This document shows, piece by piece, positions 13,201 through 25,851 of a DNA stretch of 64,000 nt; position 1 is the first letter of the stretch; every line of letters begins with the position of its first letter. Origin of the DNA: Tubulanus polymorphus (lineage: Eukaryota > Animalia > Nemertea); contig NC_134029.1 of the NCBI RefSeq assembly GCF_964204645.1, positions 15,184,950 through 15,248,949 on the forward strand. The letters are read 5' to 3'. A program made the position numbers and the translations under genes. The notes under the pieces are model-generated. The model saw nothing but the letters and a program-made list of their open reading frames with translations. It searched no databases and was not told the origin of the DNA.

Positions 13201-13580
13201 ATACAACTTGTCAACAGTTCAATTTCTATAATGCGATGACCTATGTATGAAAATATGTTTTCTGTTTGTTTTACGCGTGATACCGGGGGATAATACCTTC
13301 GCCCAAACGTTCTACACACACATGATACCATTTAATGAATCCGAAATATATCCAGGCCTAGAGTTCATGCTGAAGGATGAAGACTTGGAATATCCTAGCA
13401 ATATAATTTTTAGAAAGAGATTTTTGTCCACTGAAGTTTAGAATAGCACGCCGGACTCTTTGTTAGGATCGACCACAGTTCTATAGTGAATTGATTACAA
13501 GTAGTTAATTTAGCAAAACAAAGTAAATTGTTCATTACAGTGCATTGCTAAGGGTTAGCGGTAAAAAACCCCAGAATGTT

Positions 13581-13704
13581 GGAAAAATGGCCAAGGAAAA
13601 AATGGACAGGAAAGAATGGCCAAGGAAAAAATGGCCAAGGTAATTTGTCTAGGAAAAAAATGGCCAAGAAAAAAATGGCCACGGAAAAAAAGGCCAAGGA
13701 AAAT
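13581..13704 (+). repeat. Minisatellite (GGAAAAAATGGCCAA)n, foldback/MULE-type subterminal array; reverse copy at ~20068-20189
   Basis: About 7 visible units of ~15 bp. Confidence 0.85.
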
Positions 13705-14982
13705 TTATGAGAACTACTGCCAATGTTAATAAAACATTAAGCTTTCAATTAAATGACATCACATATTTTTCATGGGGCTTAAAACAATTAAAATCGGTAT
13801 TAGTGAGTTCAAAAATGTGATGAACTTACATTTCATTTCATTGCATATAATGAATAGGCCTATATCAAGAACTATAATAAAATAACTGAGTCAATAAAAA
13901 AATAACATAATAAAATAACTGAGTCAATAATTCAAAACATTTAAGTAAGCGAGTAAAAATCCCCTCGGTAAAAATCCCCAATTCTTCAAAGTAGGTAATC
14001 CCCTCCCTTTGAAGGGATTATAAGTAGATACAATCTTAAGGTCAATTAATTCGTATTATTGATACGTATATCAAAATTTATTCATATTTTACTGCCGAAC
14101 ACCATAAGGATATCAATATGCTCATACAAACTATGCTATTTAAATTAAAACCTACTACAAATTAACGTTTCATTGATACAAAATTAGTACATATACATGT
14201 AGTTATTGCACAGCTTAGTAAAGGGGTTCATCGCGCATTTCAAATATATTACACTAGCTTGAATCTAAAATATTTAATATCAAAAGTACGTTATTTCTAA
14301 TAATTCATGGCATCGCACAGCTGAAATATACCACAAGTTTACAAGAGTCCGCAGTTCAAAAATATACCAGTTCGAATCTTAAGATATTACGAATAAAAGT
14401 TTATTACTCTTATTAATTCTTACAATTTATTTTATCCGTAAGAATTTATCGCAACGAAAGATTTCATTTAAAAGTTTAAACATATTTCAGTCACATTGCA
14501 AATTCGAGAAACATCGTGCTTTGAAATGTTCTTGACAATCACCAAGTATGAATATTTGGGGGATTTTTACCCAGGGTATGTTTACCATGTTTACCTAGGG
14601 TTTAGATTTTTTAGATTTCTACATAGGAAATCTTTTCGAGGGAATCTTTTTTGAACGGATGAAGGTATTTTGAGGGAGGTATTCTGGATATGGGATTTTT
14701 AATTGTCATATCTTGCTACGGTAGATACTTTTCTCATTGATTATTCGCTACGATACTTATTACATATCACACAAATCCGCATATACGCTAGAATCCATAC
14801 TGTTAGCAAAAATCACTAAGAATCGCAATTTGCTCATTTTGTGATATTTTTGAAATCGTCCAATTTTATTGCAGAGATTCCCCGACATATCACGAGTAAT
14901 GAAACAGATATCAGTATAAACGTAGATTTTTCTTTTATTTTGAAATCCGTAGAGCAAACATTGTAACCTAATGTTATTGAAC

Positions 14983-15813
14983 GGTAACAGGTAAAAATCA
15001 CCCCGGTAAATATCCCCCCTAGGTAATAATCCCCCCGGTAAAAATCCCCCCTAGGTAAAAATCCCCCCTGGTAAAAATTCCCCCATAATTGATTTCACTA
15101 AAATTTTCAACAGCTATTATGTTTAAAAAAATATAGATTCGAAATTTTATTGCACTTTATTACTTTATTTAACTCTAGTATAGTAATTCCATCCATTAAA
15201 TACGGTTACCAAACGTTTAATAAAGAATAATAAGTGTAGAGACAAAATACTTATTCTAGGGGTACGAGTCAGTTGATTGAATTCGGTCATTTAAACTAGC
15301 CTACTTGCTAATTAAAGAGTGGCCACTGTTGAAAATGAATAATTATTACTTAAGAGTTATTTAGTCACGGAGCCAACCCATTTGATTTACAGTTATTAAC
15401 TTCTTTGATTTTTTGGGCACTGGAGTGATTACCCCTAAGATAATTTAAGAATAATTACTGTAGAGACAAAATACTTATTCTAAGGGTACGAGTCAGATGA
15501 TTGAAATTGGTCATTTAAACTAAATTGGCTAATAAGAAGTGGTCACTGTTGAAAATGAATAATTATTACTTAAGAATTATCTAGTTTACAGTTATTTAAA
15601 ATATCTAATGTACTTATGTATTCCTAAATAATGTTGTAAAAAGTTAATTTTTTCTACTCTGGTTTTATAGAAAAGTGGATATGGGGGGATTTTTACCAGG
15701 AGGGATTTTTACCTAGGGGGGATTTTTACCGGGGGAATTTTTACCTGGGGGGATTTTTACCGGGGGGATATTTACCGGGGGGATTTTTACCGGGGGGATT
15801 TTTGCCTACATTC
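14983..15813. mobile_element. Foldback/MULE-like MITE with modular TIRs and a 9-bp TSD
   Basis: TIRs are built of tandem ggtaaaaatccccc units. TSD is ttattgaac (14974-14982) / ttattgaat (15814-15822). The empty site is present in the right arm near 18830-18845. Confidence 0.9.
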
Positions 15814-18800
15814 TTATTGAATATAAAACTCCCGACCCTCCCTGCATTTATACATCGAGAAATCCAACTCGACTATAGTAGGCTTTTTATCATGGTGTAA
15901 TATAGCTTGTGCAACAGGACGTCACTGACTCATTACGTTAATTGTGAGGTGTTTATACATAATAGTTTCATGAGCAATTCATGTGGTGGGATCATAATCG
16001 GGAAAGATCTGCCTTAAACGATTTATCGCCTTAGGGAGTTTGAGCTTCTTCCCCCAAAATAATTCAAAATCGCCCTATCCAATATCTAAAGGCCATTCAA
16101 AGCAATATATGTTGTCAATTCTTTTTAAATTTATTCATAATCAATAACATATTCTTAATAGTAATGATTTTATTATTAGGAATCTGATCTAATATATTTC
16201 TAGTTGTAAAACGTGGCTGTCGTATTTAGTAATTATCTCATTAATGAGATAATTGCGGATGCTAGGTCGGATGGATTGACGTATTGGTGTGTACCGGTCT
16301 ACAGTGTCTTTAATCAAAGATCCCATTTGATATCTGTCGTATTTCTATGAAAGAGTACAAACAGAAATATAAACCCCTATACAGGGTACAAATCAGACAA
16401 CGGCTAATTTGTAAACATAAAGGGAAAGATTTCTCTCAACAATCATGACCCACATAAGCCAGACACGGAGACGATTTGGCCCGGGCCAAATTAGCACCGA
16501 TCAGGCTCGGGCCAAATTTGGTAATTAGAGAGTGCGTTCACACGCAAACCATTCACTCGATACTTAACAATGCTCAAACAAAGCGAAGTGGATCATTTAC
16601 GGTGCTAGTTGCAATTCAAACGCAGTCATTTGTCTAGTGCGCGGGCCTGGTCCGACGTTTTTGGTCGGGCCAAACAGGCTCGGGCCCATTTGGCACCTGT
16701 GTGAACAGTTGTTCCGGGCCAAATTTGGCCCTGGCCAGAAATACACGTGTGATCGCGGCTATAGAGACGATTTGTCGGGGCTAAATTGGCTCGAATCAGG
16801 TCCGACTTAAATTTTACGTATGGCTTACCAAAGAGCGCGCAGATTTTCATGTTCAAATTCATTTTACATTCAAATTCAAACCCATTCATTCGTTACTAAA
16901 CAATGCTTAAACCATGGAATCTAAAACGAGTCCATACTTAAACCAAGCGAAGTGACTGTCTTCCAGAACCAGTTTAAATCATCACGCTTAATTTGACTCA
17001 GGTCTGGTCCGTCGTTTTTGGTCGGGCAATTATGCACGGGTCCATTTTGCGCCCATTACTGTTTTTTTTTTCGCCAGATCTCTCCGTGTCTACACCTTTT
17101 AACTTGATTTTTATCATCCACGTATTTAAATTTCGATTCTTTCAGCTTGTGTTAATTTTGTACTCATGCAAAGCACACTGATTACAATTTGCAACAGTGC
17201 GCTATATAATGAAATATGTAATATTGATTGTTAATATCAATATCAAGTGTGAATTTGCAGTTGAAAAATAATTGATTTGATTAACAGTACAATTTGATCT
17301 AGACCTCCCAGCGCCAATCAATGAAGAAAAAATTTAACTAGTCAAAGACTCAAGATCAAGTAAAGAAAAAGGAAGATGCATTCTAACAAATGATTGCGAT
17401 GTGATGACTATATTAGGCTTATTATTAGAACCTGCACTACAGCTATTCAACTTTCTATAAATCATTCGTCGCAGACCCTCAAATACCGTGTACATTATCA
17501 CTCAAATTGCCTAAATATGTCTGGTGTCGTCGCTATAGTATACTACTTATTAAAACAATTATTACACCAATATAATTAATATATACACCTATCATTCTAA
17601 AAGCTCAGGTTTTAGCTTTTAGTGGTTTGGAAGAACATTCATCCCAAAGTCTATATTTCGAATAACAGACCAGGTCCAGTTTCCTTCGTTTGACATTCGG
17701 AGGAACATTCCTCCCGAAGTCGATACTTTGAATATCAGACCTGAAGGTCAAATTCTCTTCGTTTGACCTTGGGAGGAATATTCCTCCCAAAGTCAATTGT
17801 TAAAATATCGGACCCCATGGTCAATTTTCCATCGATTGACATTGGGAGGAATATTCCTCCCGCAGTCAATTTTCACAATAGCGGTCCTCTTAATTGGTGA
17901 CACTCAAAGAACGCGCGGCTCAGATTTCTATTGTGCGCCTATCGCGCGCTGCGCGTGAATCACTTACGTAATCTTTTCTGTAAATGTGAAGACCTCGGGG
18001 GCATTATGATCTCTAAAGCCCAATATTATCCCAAATTCCGGACTGTTTTTGGGCCGTACCAACTGTTCACACGGGTGCCAATGGGCCCGAGCCTGTTTGG
18101 CCCGGGCCAAATTTGGCCCGACCACAAACGTCGGACCAGGCCCGAGCACCAGACAAATGGCTGCGTTTGAATTGCAACTAGCACCGTAAATGATTGTTGA
18201 GAGAAATCTTTCCCTTTATGTTTGCAAATTAGCCATTGTCCTAGTTTTAACTTCTGATTTGTACCCTGTATAGGGTTTATATTTCTGTTTGTACTCTTTC
18301 ATAGAAATACGACAGATATCAAATGGAATCTTTGATTAAAGACACTGTAGACCGGTACACACTAATATGTCCATCCATCCGACCTACGAGCGATCATCTC
18401 ATTAATGTGATAATTGCTCGTAAATCCGACAGCTACGTTTTACAACTAGAAATATATTAGATCAGATTCCTAATGATAAAATCATTACTATTAAGAATAT
18501 GTTATTGATTATGAATAAATTCAAAAAGAGTTGACAAAATATATTGCTTTGAATGGCCTTTAGATATTGGATAGGGCGATTTTGAATTATTTTTGAGGGT
18601 TTTATCAAGAAGCTCAAACTCCCTAAGGCGACAAAGTTTTTAAGGCAGATCTTTCCCGATTATGATCCCACCACATGAATTGTTCACGAAACTATTATGT
18701 ATAAACACCTCACAATTAACGTAATGACTCAGTGACGTCCTGTTGCACAAGCTATATTACACCATGATAAAAAGCCTATTATAGTCGAGTTGGATTTCTC

Positions 18801-21037
18801 GATGTATAAATGCAGGGAGGGTTGGGAGCTTTATGTTCAATAACATTAGGTTCCAATGTTTGCTCTATGGATTTCAAAATAAAAGAAAAATCCACGTTTA
18901 AACGTGATATCTGTTTCATTACTCGTGATATATCGGGGAATCTCTGCAATGAAATTGGACGATTTCAAAAATATTACAAAATGAGCAAATTGCGATTCTT
19001 AGGGATTTTTGCTAAGAGTATTGATTCTAGCGTATACGCGGATTTGTGTGATATGTAATAAGTATCGTAGCGAATAATCAAAGTATCTACCGTAGCTAGA
19101 TATGACAATTGAAAATCCCCCAGAATATCTCCTTCAAAATACCTTCATCCGTTCAAAAAAGATCACCTGGTAAAGATTTCCTATGTAGAAATCTAAAAAA
19201 TCTAAACCCTAGGTAAACATACCCTGGGTAAAAATCCCCCAAATATTCATATTTTGTGATTGTCAAGAACATGTCAAAGCACGATGTTTCTCGAATTTGC
19301 AATGAGACTGAAATATGTTTGAACTTTTAAATGAAATCTTTCGTTGCGATAAATTCTTACGGATAAAATAAATTGTAAGAATTAATAAGAGTAATAAACT
19401 TTTATTTGTAATATCTTAAGATTCGAACTGGAATATTTTTTAATTTCAGCTGTGCGATGCCATGAATTATTAGAAATAACGTACTTTTGATATTAAATAT
19501 TTTAGATTCAAGCTAGTGTAATATATTTGAAATGTGCGATGAACCCCTTTACTGAGCTGTGCAATAACTACATGTATATGTACTAATTTAGTATCAATGA
19601 AACGTTAATTTGTAGTATGTTTTAATTTAAATAGCATAGTTTGTATGGGCATATTGACATCCTTACGGTGTTCGTCAGTAGAATATGAATAAATTGGATA
19701 TACGTATCAATAATACGAATTAATTGACTTATACTTATACTTATAATCCCTTCAAAGGGAGGGGATTACCTAATTTGAAGAATTGGGGATTTTTACCGAG
19801 GAGATTTTTACTCGCTTACTTAGATGTTTTGAATTATTGACTTAATTATTTTATTAAGTTTAAGTTAATCACTAGTAAGTTTATTCATTGACCACTTGCA
19901 TGATAGTTCTTGATATATTCATTATATGCAATGAAATGAAATGTAAGTTCATCACATTTCTGAACTCATTAATACCGATTTTAATTGATTTAAGCCCCAT
20001 AAGAAATATGTGATGTCATTATATTGAAAGCTTTATGTTTTATTAACATTGGCAGTAGTTCTCATAAATTTTCCTTGGCCATTTCTTCCGTGGCCATTTT
20101 TTCCTTGGCCATTTTTTCCTAGACAAATTACCTTGGCCATTTTTTCCTTGGCCATTCTTTCCTGGCCATTTTTCCTTGGCCATTTTTCCAACATTCTGGG
20201 GTTTTTTACAACTAACCCTTAGCAATGCACTGTAATGAACAATTTACTTTGTTTTGCTAAATTAACTACTTGTAATCAATTCACTATAGAACTGTGGTCG
20301 ATCCTAACAAAGAGTCCGGCGTGCTATTCTAAACTTCAGTGGACAAAAATCTCTTTCTAAAAATTATATTGCTAAGATATTCTTAGTCTTCATCCTTCAG
20401 CATGAACTCTAGGCCTGGATATATTTCGGATTCATTTAATGGTATCATGTGTGTGTAGAACGTTTGGGCGAAGGTATTATCCCCCTGGATCACGCGTAAA
20501 ACAAACAGAAAACATATTTTCATACATAGGTCATCGCATTATAGAAATTGAACTGTTGACAAGTTGTATTAAATCTCTATAGATGAAACACTTTTAAGGA
20601 AAATGCATTATGTTTGTTGTTTCTATATAACTACTATCGACTGTGCGCCTCGGGCTCAGTCAACTCGCCATCTTCATGATTGAAATATTTGATTAGGCAG
20701 TCCTATCAAAAGTGGCGTTAATTCATACAAGCGAATAATTTGTTGTTTCTAAAGGTTTTTGTTACCGGCTCGTCTACACGGTAATGGTCGAAATTCCCCG
20801 GTAAAAATCCCCTAAGAATACCAATTAACGAGCTTATGATTTGCTGCCGCTGGTATGTTATCGTTTGTATTGCAAAATTAAGTCCAAAATAACTGGAATC
20901 CTTTAAAAGGATTTCTGTGAAAATTTTCAATTTTTCCCCACACGTCAACAAGTGCCTTTCAAATCAAGATCGATTCCTCATGCGTAAAAACGATTGAAGC
21001 AATTTTTGCAGTTTAATTTATTTATGGTTTGATACGT

Positions 21038-21074
21038 CAGGGAGGTGGGAGTGAATTCACTCCCACCTCCCCTG
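21038..21074. mobile_element. 37-bp palindromic insertion with TSD (excision-footprint-like)
   Basis: gatacgt|cagggaggtgggagtgaattcactcccacctcccctg|gatacgt. It is absent at the homologous sites 12730 and 38497. Confidence 0.75.
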
Positions 21075-23107
21075 GATACGTCAAGATTTCAGTTAAAAGG
21101 GCAACATCATCGCTTATGTTAGCGAAGCTTGGTATACAAGCAAGCTGACAATAACAAGCCACTGAATTTTATCGGTTTAGGCTTTGTATAGCTCATTATC
21201 TATAGAAAGTCAGTGATTAAGTCCTAAGTAAATATTGCTCAATTAAAGAGAATTCATTATGACAATGTACAAGCGATGACAGGCCTATGAGGCACCCGAA
21301 AATCAAAAATGTATTTCACGGATTCTGCTGTGCGATGCGATAAATTATTGAAACTTTTTATTTGAAATATCTTTGAAATACTATTTGAAATTTGAAATAT
21401 TATTTTACCTGTGCGATAACTTTTAGTATTAGTGTAGTATTAATGAAGTATTTCAATCTTTGGATAAACGTTGGAAAAATGGCAGGGGGAAAATTGCCGC
21501 TAAATAAACATTAGAATTTGCAAGTTTTGTAGTAACTTTGAATTGTTAAATTTTACTGGACATTGGTGTATGCTGAATATCACGAACAACGAAACATATA
21601 TCTCATAAAAACGTTGATTGTCTTTTTCAACTTTCATCATTTCAATAACAATCAATCGATTTTTAAGTCGATTTAATTACCAGGATAGCGATTATATGCG
21701 TTTGTGCTTTTAATCAACTAGTTTCCGAATCCGTGGTATGTCGATCAAATAATAATTTTTAAGTCGAGAAAAAGTAAGATGCATTCTATCAACTAATTTC
21801 AATGTAAAGACTATAATGCTTCGTATATGAATCAATACTAAAGCATTCATACCACAGGCCACTTAATCTTAAGCTTGATTGTGAGAGGTGTTAAAACATG
21901 ATGGTCAAATGAGTAATTAAATGGTTGTGTCACAAAGGGAGAAATCTGCCTTAGACATAACATCCCGATATCTGGAGTTCTGGGCTTAGTAACGCATGTT
22001 TAGAATGAATTTTATCCGATATTTTTATAACATAATGTTTTCTCTCTGCAAATTCCTGACGTTTTCTGGGTGCTAACGTTCAGTGGCTAGTAGGCTGGAT
22101 TGTATTTTCCCTTATTTCATAGATATCCATGCATATAAACTTGAACTGAACTGAATGGGAACTGAGTTCGGTTAGGAGTAAAAACCTCCTTATCAACTCC
22201 TATTTCTGAATTGTATATAAAGGAGTGAAGAAAGAAACAAACCCTCATACCGAATACACTTTTACGTATAAATGAGAATAATGCTCACTAGGACAATGGC
22301 TAATTTGCAACCGTAAATGAAAGAAATACGACTCGAATAATTTTTTTTTTATCATGCGTGACACGCGAATCTCCTATTAACACTAGTAATGAGAGAAGAA
22401 TCCACACGAATGAAATGTATCAGCTTCATAATGATCTTTAATCCTCGAATGACCATTCTTAATTAACACAAAACACTTAATATAAATGATTTATATCGAT
22501 TACTATAGAATTTCCATTTAAAGAATGCATGTATCAAATTACGTCCATTGACTCTGAAAATGAACCTTTAAACCCGTAAATTAGCTAAACTCGTGCCGTT
22601 AAGCTATTTAGATTTATCGCAGTCTTGTGAAAATTTGTAACCAGTCCTAATATATTCCCTGTATAATCAAAACTTAATTTCTATGTTATGCACGTGTTTT
22701 AATTACGATTTTAACTACAAGTTTATCGGGAAGGGCCTGATTACAATCTGATTACAATTGATTGTCAACAAAGTTATAGCAATTTACTGTTAGACAAAGA
22801 AAATACAAAATCTATTTAGTTTTCTAAAATTGTATGTAGGCCTATGTCTCATACCGTCTCATTACCTCGAACACTGTGTATCGTATCACCCGAAATTCAT
22901 AAATCTACCGGCTTTAAGGCTTAAAAAAACTAATTACACCCAAAACACCTATCTTTCTAAAATTTCAGGTTATAGCGTTTAGTGGTGGGAGGAAAAATTC
23001 CTCCCTAAATCAATATACTTTGAATCTAAGACTCGGGTTCATTTTCCTTCAGTTGACAAATGACAATATTTCGAATATCAGACCAGGTCCATTTTCCTTC
23101 GTTTGAC

Positions 23108-23139
23108 CATGGACGTATAAACTAGATTATACGTCCATG
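23108..23139. mobile_element. 32-bp palindromic insertion with 7-bp TSD (excision-footprint-like)
   Basis: gtttgac|catggacgtataa-actaga-ttatacgtccatg|gtttgac. It is absent at the homologous site ~10759. Confidence 0.8.
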
Positions 23140-23625
23140 GTTTGACATAGGGAGGAACAATCCTCCCGACGTCGATACTTTGAATATCAGACCTGAAGGT
23201 CAAATTCTCTTCGTTTGACCTTGGAAGGAATATTCCTCCCAAAGTCAATTCTTTGAATATCGGACCCCATGGTCAAGTTTCCATCGATTGACATTGGGAG
23301 GAATATTCCTCCCGCAGTCAATTTCCACAATAGCGGTCCTCTTAATGGGTGGCTCAGATTTCTATTGTGCGCCTATCGCGCGCTGCCCGTGAATCACTTA
23401 CGTAATCTTTTCTGTAAATGTGAAGACCTCGGGGGCATTATGTTCTCTAAAGCCCAATATTATCCCAAATTCCGGACTGTTAATAGGTTGATTTTACGGC
23501 AGAGTCGACATGTTTCAACAATTTTTAACTGTTCATGTATGAATATTTGAGGACTTATGAACTAAAAATTAGTTAAATTTTTGATACATTTTGAGAAAGT
23601 CACAAAACATTTGAGACTGCGTTAA

Positions 23626-24607
23626 TAATGAAATAAGTAATATTGATTGTTAATATCAATATCAAGTGTGAATTTGCAGTTGTAAAATAATTGATTTGAT
23701 TAACAGTATAATTTGATCTAGACCTCCCAGCGTCAATCAATGAAGAAAAAATTTAACTAGTCAAAGACTCAAGATCAAGTAAAGAAAAAGGAAGATGCAT
23801 TCTAACAACTGATTGCGACGTGAAGACTATATTAGGCTTATTATTAGAACCTGCACTACAGCTATTCAACTTTCTACAAATCATTCGTCGCAGACCCTCA
23901 AATACCGTGTACATTTTCACTCAAATTGCCTAAATATGTCTGGTGTCGTCGCTGTAGTATACTACTTATTAAAACAATTATTACACCAATATAATTAATA
24001 TATATACATCATTCTAAAAGCTCAGGTTTTTAGCGTTTAGCGGTTTGGAAGAACATTCATCCCAAAGTCTATATTTCGAATAACAGACCAGGTCCAGTTT
24101 CCTTCGTTTGACATTCGGAGGAACATTCCTCCCGAAGACGATACTTTGAATATCAGACCTGAAGGTCAAATTCTCTTCGTTTGACCTTGGGAGGAATATT
24201 CCTCCCAAAGTCAATTGTTAAAATATCGGACCCCATGGTCAAGTTTTCATCGATTGACATTGGGAGGAATATTCCTCCCAAGGTCAATTTTCACAATAGC
24301 GGTCCTCTTAATTGGTGACACTCAAAGAACGCGCGGCTCAGATTTCTATTGTGCGCCTTTCGCGCGCTGCGCGTGAATCACTTACGTAATCTTTTCTGTA
24401 AATGTGAAGACCTCGGGGGCATTATGTTCTCTAAAGCCCAATATTATCCCAAATTCCGGACTGTTAACAGGTTGATTTTACGGCAGAGTCGACATGTTTC
24501 AACAATTTTTAACTGTTCATTTATGAATATTTGAGGACTTATGCAGTAAAAATTAGTTAAATTTTTGATACATTTTGAGAAAGTCATAAAACATTTGAGT
24601 ATGCGTT
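23626..24607 (+). repeat. Direct copy of ~17206-18045, extended by a second inverted copy of the 10283-10440 terminus
   Basis: ORFs 23813/24014/24349 duplicate 17394/17605/17931. The segment ends gtcataaaacatttgagtatgcgtt. Confidence 0.85.
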
Positions 24608-25065
24608 TGTTTTTGTATGTGTCTGTTTCTCAAATGAATTTGACATTACGAAACGCCTCGTGAAATAGTTTGGATGAATTTCCAAGCCGTTTGCGTTCGA
24701 CTCCATCAAGTGAAAGCGTTTTGATGGACAATGTAATTTATTACGGACATACATTGCTGCGTCTACTGACATCGACTCTCAACCTAGGCCTCACGGAAAG
24801 AAATACCAGTCCTATAGATTTCTACATTTAAAAGGATGAAAATTCAAATATTTCACAGAATACGCACAAATATTTCACACGGACTACACACTGATTGCCA
24901 GCCAAAGGTGACATTCGTCATGGTCTGCGTGTCCCTTGTTTTCGGTAGACCGCTATTAGGTGACGTCAAGACAGAGCTTTAACATCAAACTGTTTAATGA
25001 CAGAGCGGTAGCAAGAGCGATAAGGGGTTAAATACAGACAAGAGGTTCACGGGCCTTATACCATT

Positions 25066-25736
25066 ATTACTCGTTTGATGGCACTAGTCAGAACCGGAAA
25101 TTGGAACCTAAATCCGCCATGTTCTAGTTCATTTGCAATAAAAATCTCTCGCTTCAAGTTTTTAGTTAGCGATATTTTACTTACTATACAACGGCACGCA
25201 TAATCCTTTGAGTATGATATCCTGACAATGTGTTGAATTCAATAAATCCTCACTTCGAACGCTATAGATTACTAGAAATGTAAAAAAAAACTACCAAAAA
25301 TAACAAATTTAGCGATGACGCTCGAAGCAGATAATGGAAGTAATGACTGGTGCCGGGTGTCATCACTTTGTTGTTGAGTTCAAGACTCTAAGGTAAATAT
25401 ATTGCAGGCAGCACTGATAAATATGAAATAATATTATGAAATAAACTTGGTTTTAGAAGGACTAAACTCGTAGAATCATAATAAAAATATGAAAAGTACC
25501 AGGACTCGAACCAACAATCTTAATTGGGCCGTCAAGTGCTGCCACCATGTGAAACCTGGCAACCAGTCTTTAGATCGTAGGATAACATGTTTCAAGGATT
25601 ATGCGTGACGATATATAGTAAGTAAAATATCGCTCATTGAAAACTTGAAGCGAGAGATTTTCATTGCAAATAAACTAGAGCATGGCGGATTTAGGTTCCA
25701 ATTTCCGGTTCTGACTAGCGCCATCAAACGAGTAAT
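25066..25736. mobile_element. MITE with ~120 bp TIRs (probably TA target)
   Basis: attactcgtttgatggcactagtcagaaccggaaattggaacc... and the reverse complement ...ggttctgactagcgccatcaaacgagtaat. Confidence 0.88.
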
Positions 25737-25851
25737 TCAAGAACTTGAATTTGTCGATATCCCGTATTGAAAATGAATTTAGTTAGCCCCACGGTTAAAG
25801 TTAATACCAGTTTATAAAACCAGCCCAAGGAGTTTTAACTAGCTATCTAAG

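Larger units (their letters stand above)
10278..16446 (+). repeat. Left arm of the large inverted repeat
   Basis: Colinear reverse complement of 18190-23630, for example ORF 14760(-) vs 18810(+) and ggaaaaaatggccaa vs ttggccattttttcc arrays. Confidence 0.92.
18190..23630 (-). repeat. Right arm of the large inverted repeat
   Basis: Reverse complement of 10278-16446, lacking the 14983-15813 MITE. Confidence 0.92.

Noticed and set aside
20043-20225. KKWPR-repeat ORF
   Set aside because: It is a translation of the 15-bp minisatellite.
25495-25540. tRNA B-box-like sequence (reverse complement of ggttcgagtcc)
   Set aside because: No complete cloverleaf can be formed; at most a SINE-like remnant inside a MITE.
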